From assembly GCF_006345805.1 (NCBI RefSeq), contig NC_043019.1:22319360-22383359 (forward strand): a stretch of DNA of 64,000 nt, in the 5' to 3' direction. A program made the translations under genes and the position numbers. Origin of the DNA: Octopus sinensis. Lineage: Eukaryota. Below, piece after piece: positions 63,129 through 64,000 of this stretch. Every line of letters starts with the position of its first letter. The stretch's first letter is position 1. The notes below the pieces were generated by a model. That model was not told where the DNA came from. It worked only from the letters and a program-made list of their open reading frames with translations, and did no database searches.

Positions 63129-63580
63129 TATAAATTCTATTTTAATTTTTTATTCACCTGAAGAAAATGGCTTTTATTTTACATGATGCAATGGATTTGT
63201 TCATCAATGAAACACGTCTGAAACAGCTTTAGTGAACCTCAGTCCATTTGTGTTAGTATTTATACTACAACACGCTCGGAACCTTCCCTGCGTTGGATCT
63301 TGAGCCTACAGTGGACCGTGGATTGCATGCCAGAGTATACTCTTGCGTGCTTTTACGTATACGTTACGTTGTGTGCATTTCGTCTATGCTTGCGGATGCA
63401 TGCGTAACTGAGAGGACAAATCCGTATATAATCTAGTAAAAACGTAAATGCCCATACAAACCGTTGATACACAGGCATGCTGTCCTTGACTCTACCTTGG
63501 TATCTTTATACCTCGATTCTATTGGATCCTGCAAAAAATTATATATATATATAATCTTCCCTTCGGAGAAAAATACACAC

Positions 63581-63655
<75 letters not shown>

Positions 63656-63682
63656 ATCTATCTATCTATCTATCTATCTCTA

Positions 63683-63745
<63 letters not shown>

Positions 63746-63803
63746 AAAATTATTAGAGACAAAACCACTATTTTGCAAAACAAACAAGGAAGACTTAATC
63801 AAT

Positions 63804-64000
63804 ACATAAAATTTTAATAAATAGTCAAAAAAACCGCCACTACAATTGTTTCTTGTCTTGATCGACAATCTTCAGGTGGACTTCCAATAAGTCAGTTTCA
63901 AATTATGAAGTTACTTTACCTATATAATAAGTTTCATGATAAATAGCAATAATAGTTCCCTATTAGTGGCGGTTTTTTTGACTATATTAAAATTTTATGT
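63804..64000. repeat. Inverted repeat overlapping the 63.8 kb hammerhead (PLE-like terminal structure)
   Basis: 63804-63842 versus 63964-64000; runs to the window end. Confidence 0.75.
63837..63879 (-). ncRNA. Minimal type I hammerhead ribozyme
   Basis: Minus strand reads CCAC CTGAAGA TTGTC-gatcaa-GACAA GAAAC-aatt-GTA GTGG: complete core, 4-bp helix I, 5-bp helix II, palindromic helix III loop. Confidence 0.8.

Overview
Eukaryotic, AT-rich and very microsatellite-dense DNA. The SINE/LINE repertoire looks like an Octopus genome (recalled pattern, not a database result). One 100-N gap sits at 52853-52952. The backbone is a single large intron-rich gene on the + strand, entered and probably left mid-gene. 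I assembled 17-19 exons between 1606 and 52099 by hand from AG/GT sites and phase continuity. They encode three tandem ependymin-related (EPDR)/LolA-fold-like modules, an SEA-like linker and a PAN/Apple exon; modules 2 and 3 share identical intron phases. One phase break after the PAN exon is unresolved. The introns hold tRNA-derived SINEs (at least 3 families), RTE, CR1, Tx1/L1 and R4/Dong LINE fragments, a decayed mariner, several MITEs, Helitron/HINE elements, Penelope-like remnants and an 8.1-kb 19-bp satellite. The most interesting signal is RNA-structural. A 172-bp x4 tandem array (48653-49342) carries a hammerhead ribozyme core in each unit on the host sense strand, resembling a non-LTR retrozyme or ribozyme satellite. 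At least five further dispersed hammerhead motifs in various states of decay sit mostly inside fold-back structures. Other oddities are a 207-bp tandem duplication that creates four decoy splice acceptors before a real exon, and several long intronic hairpins.
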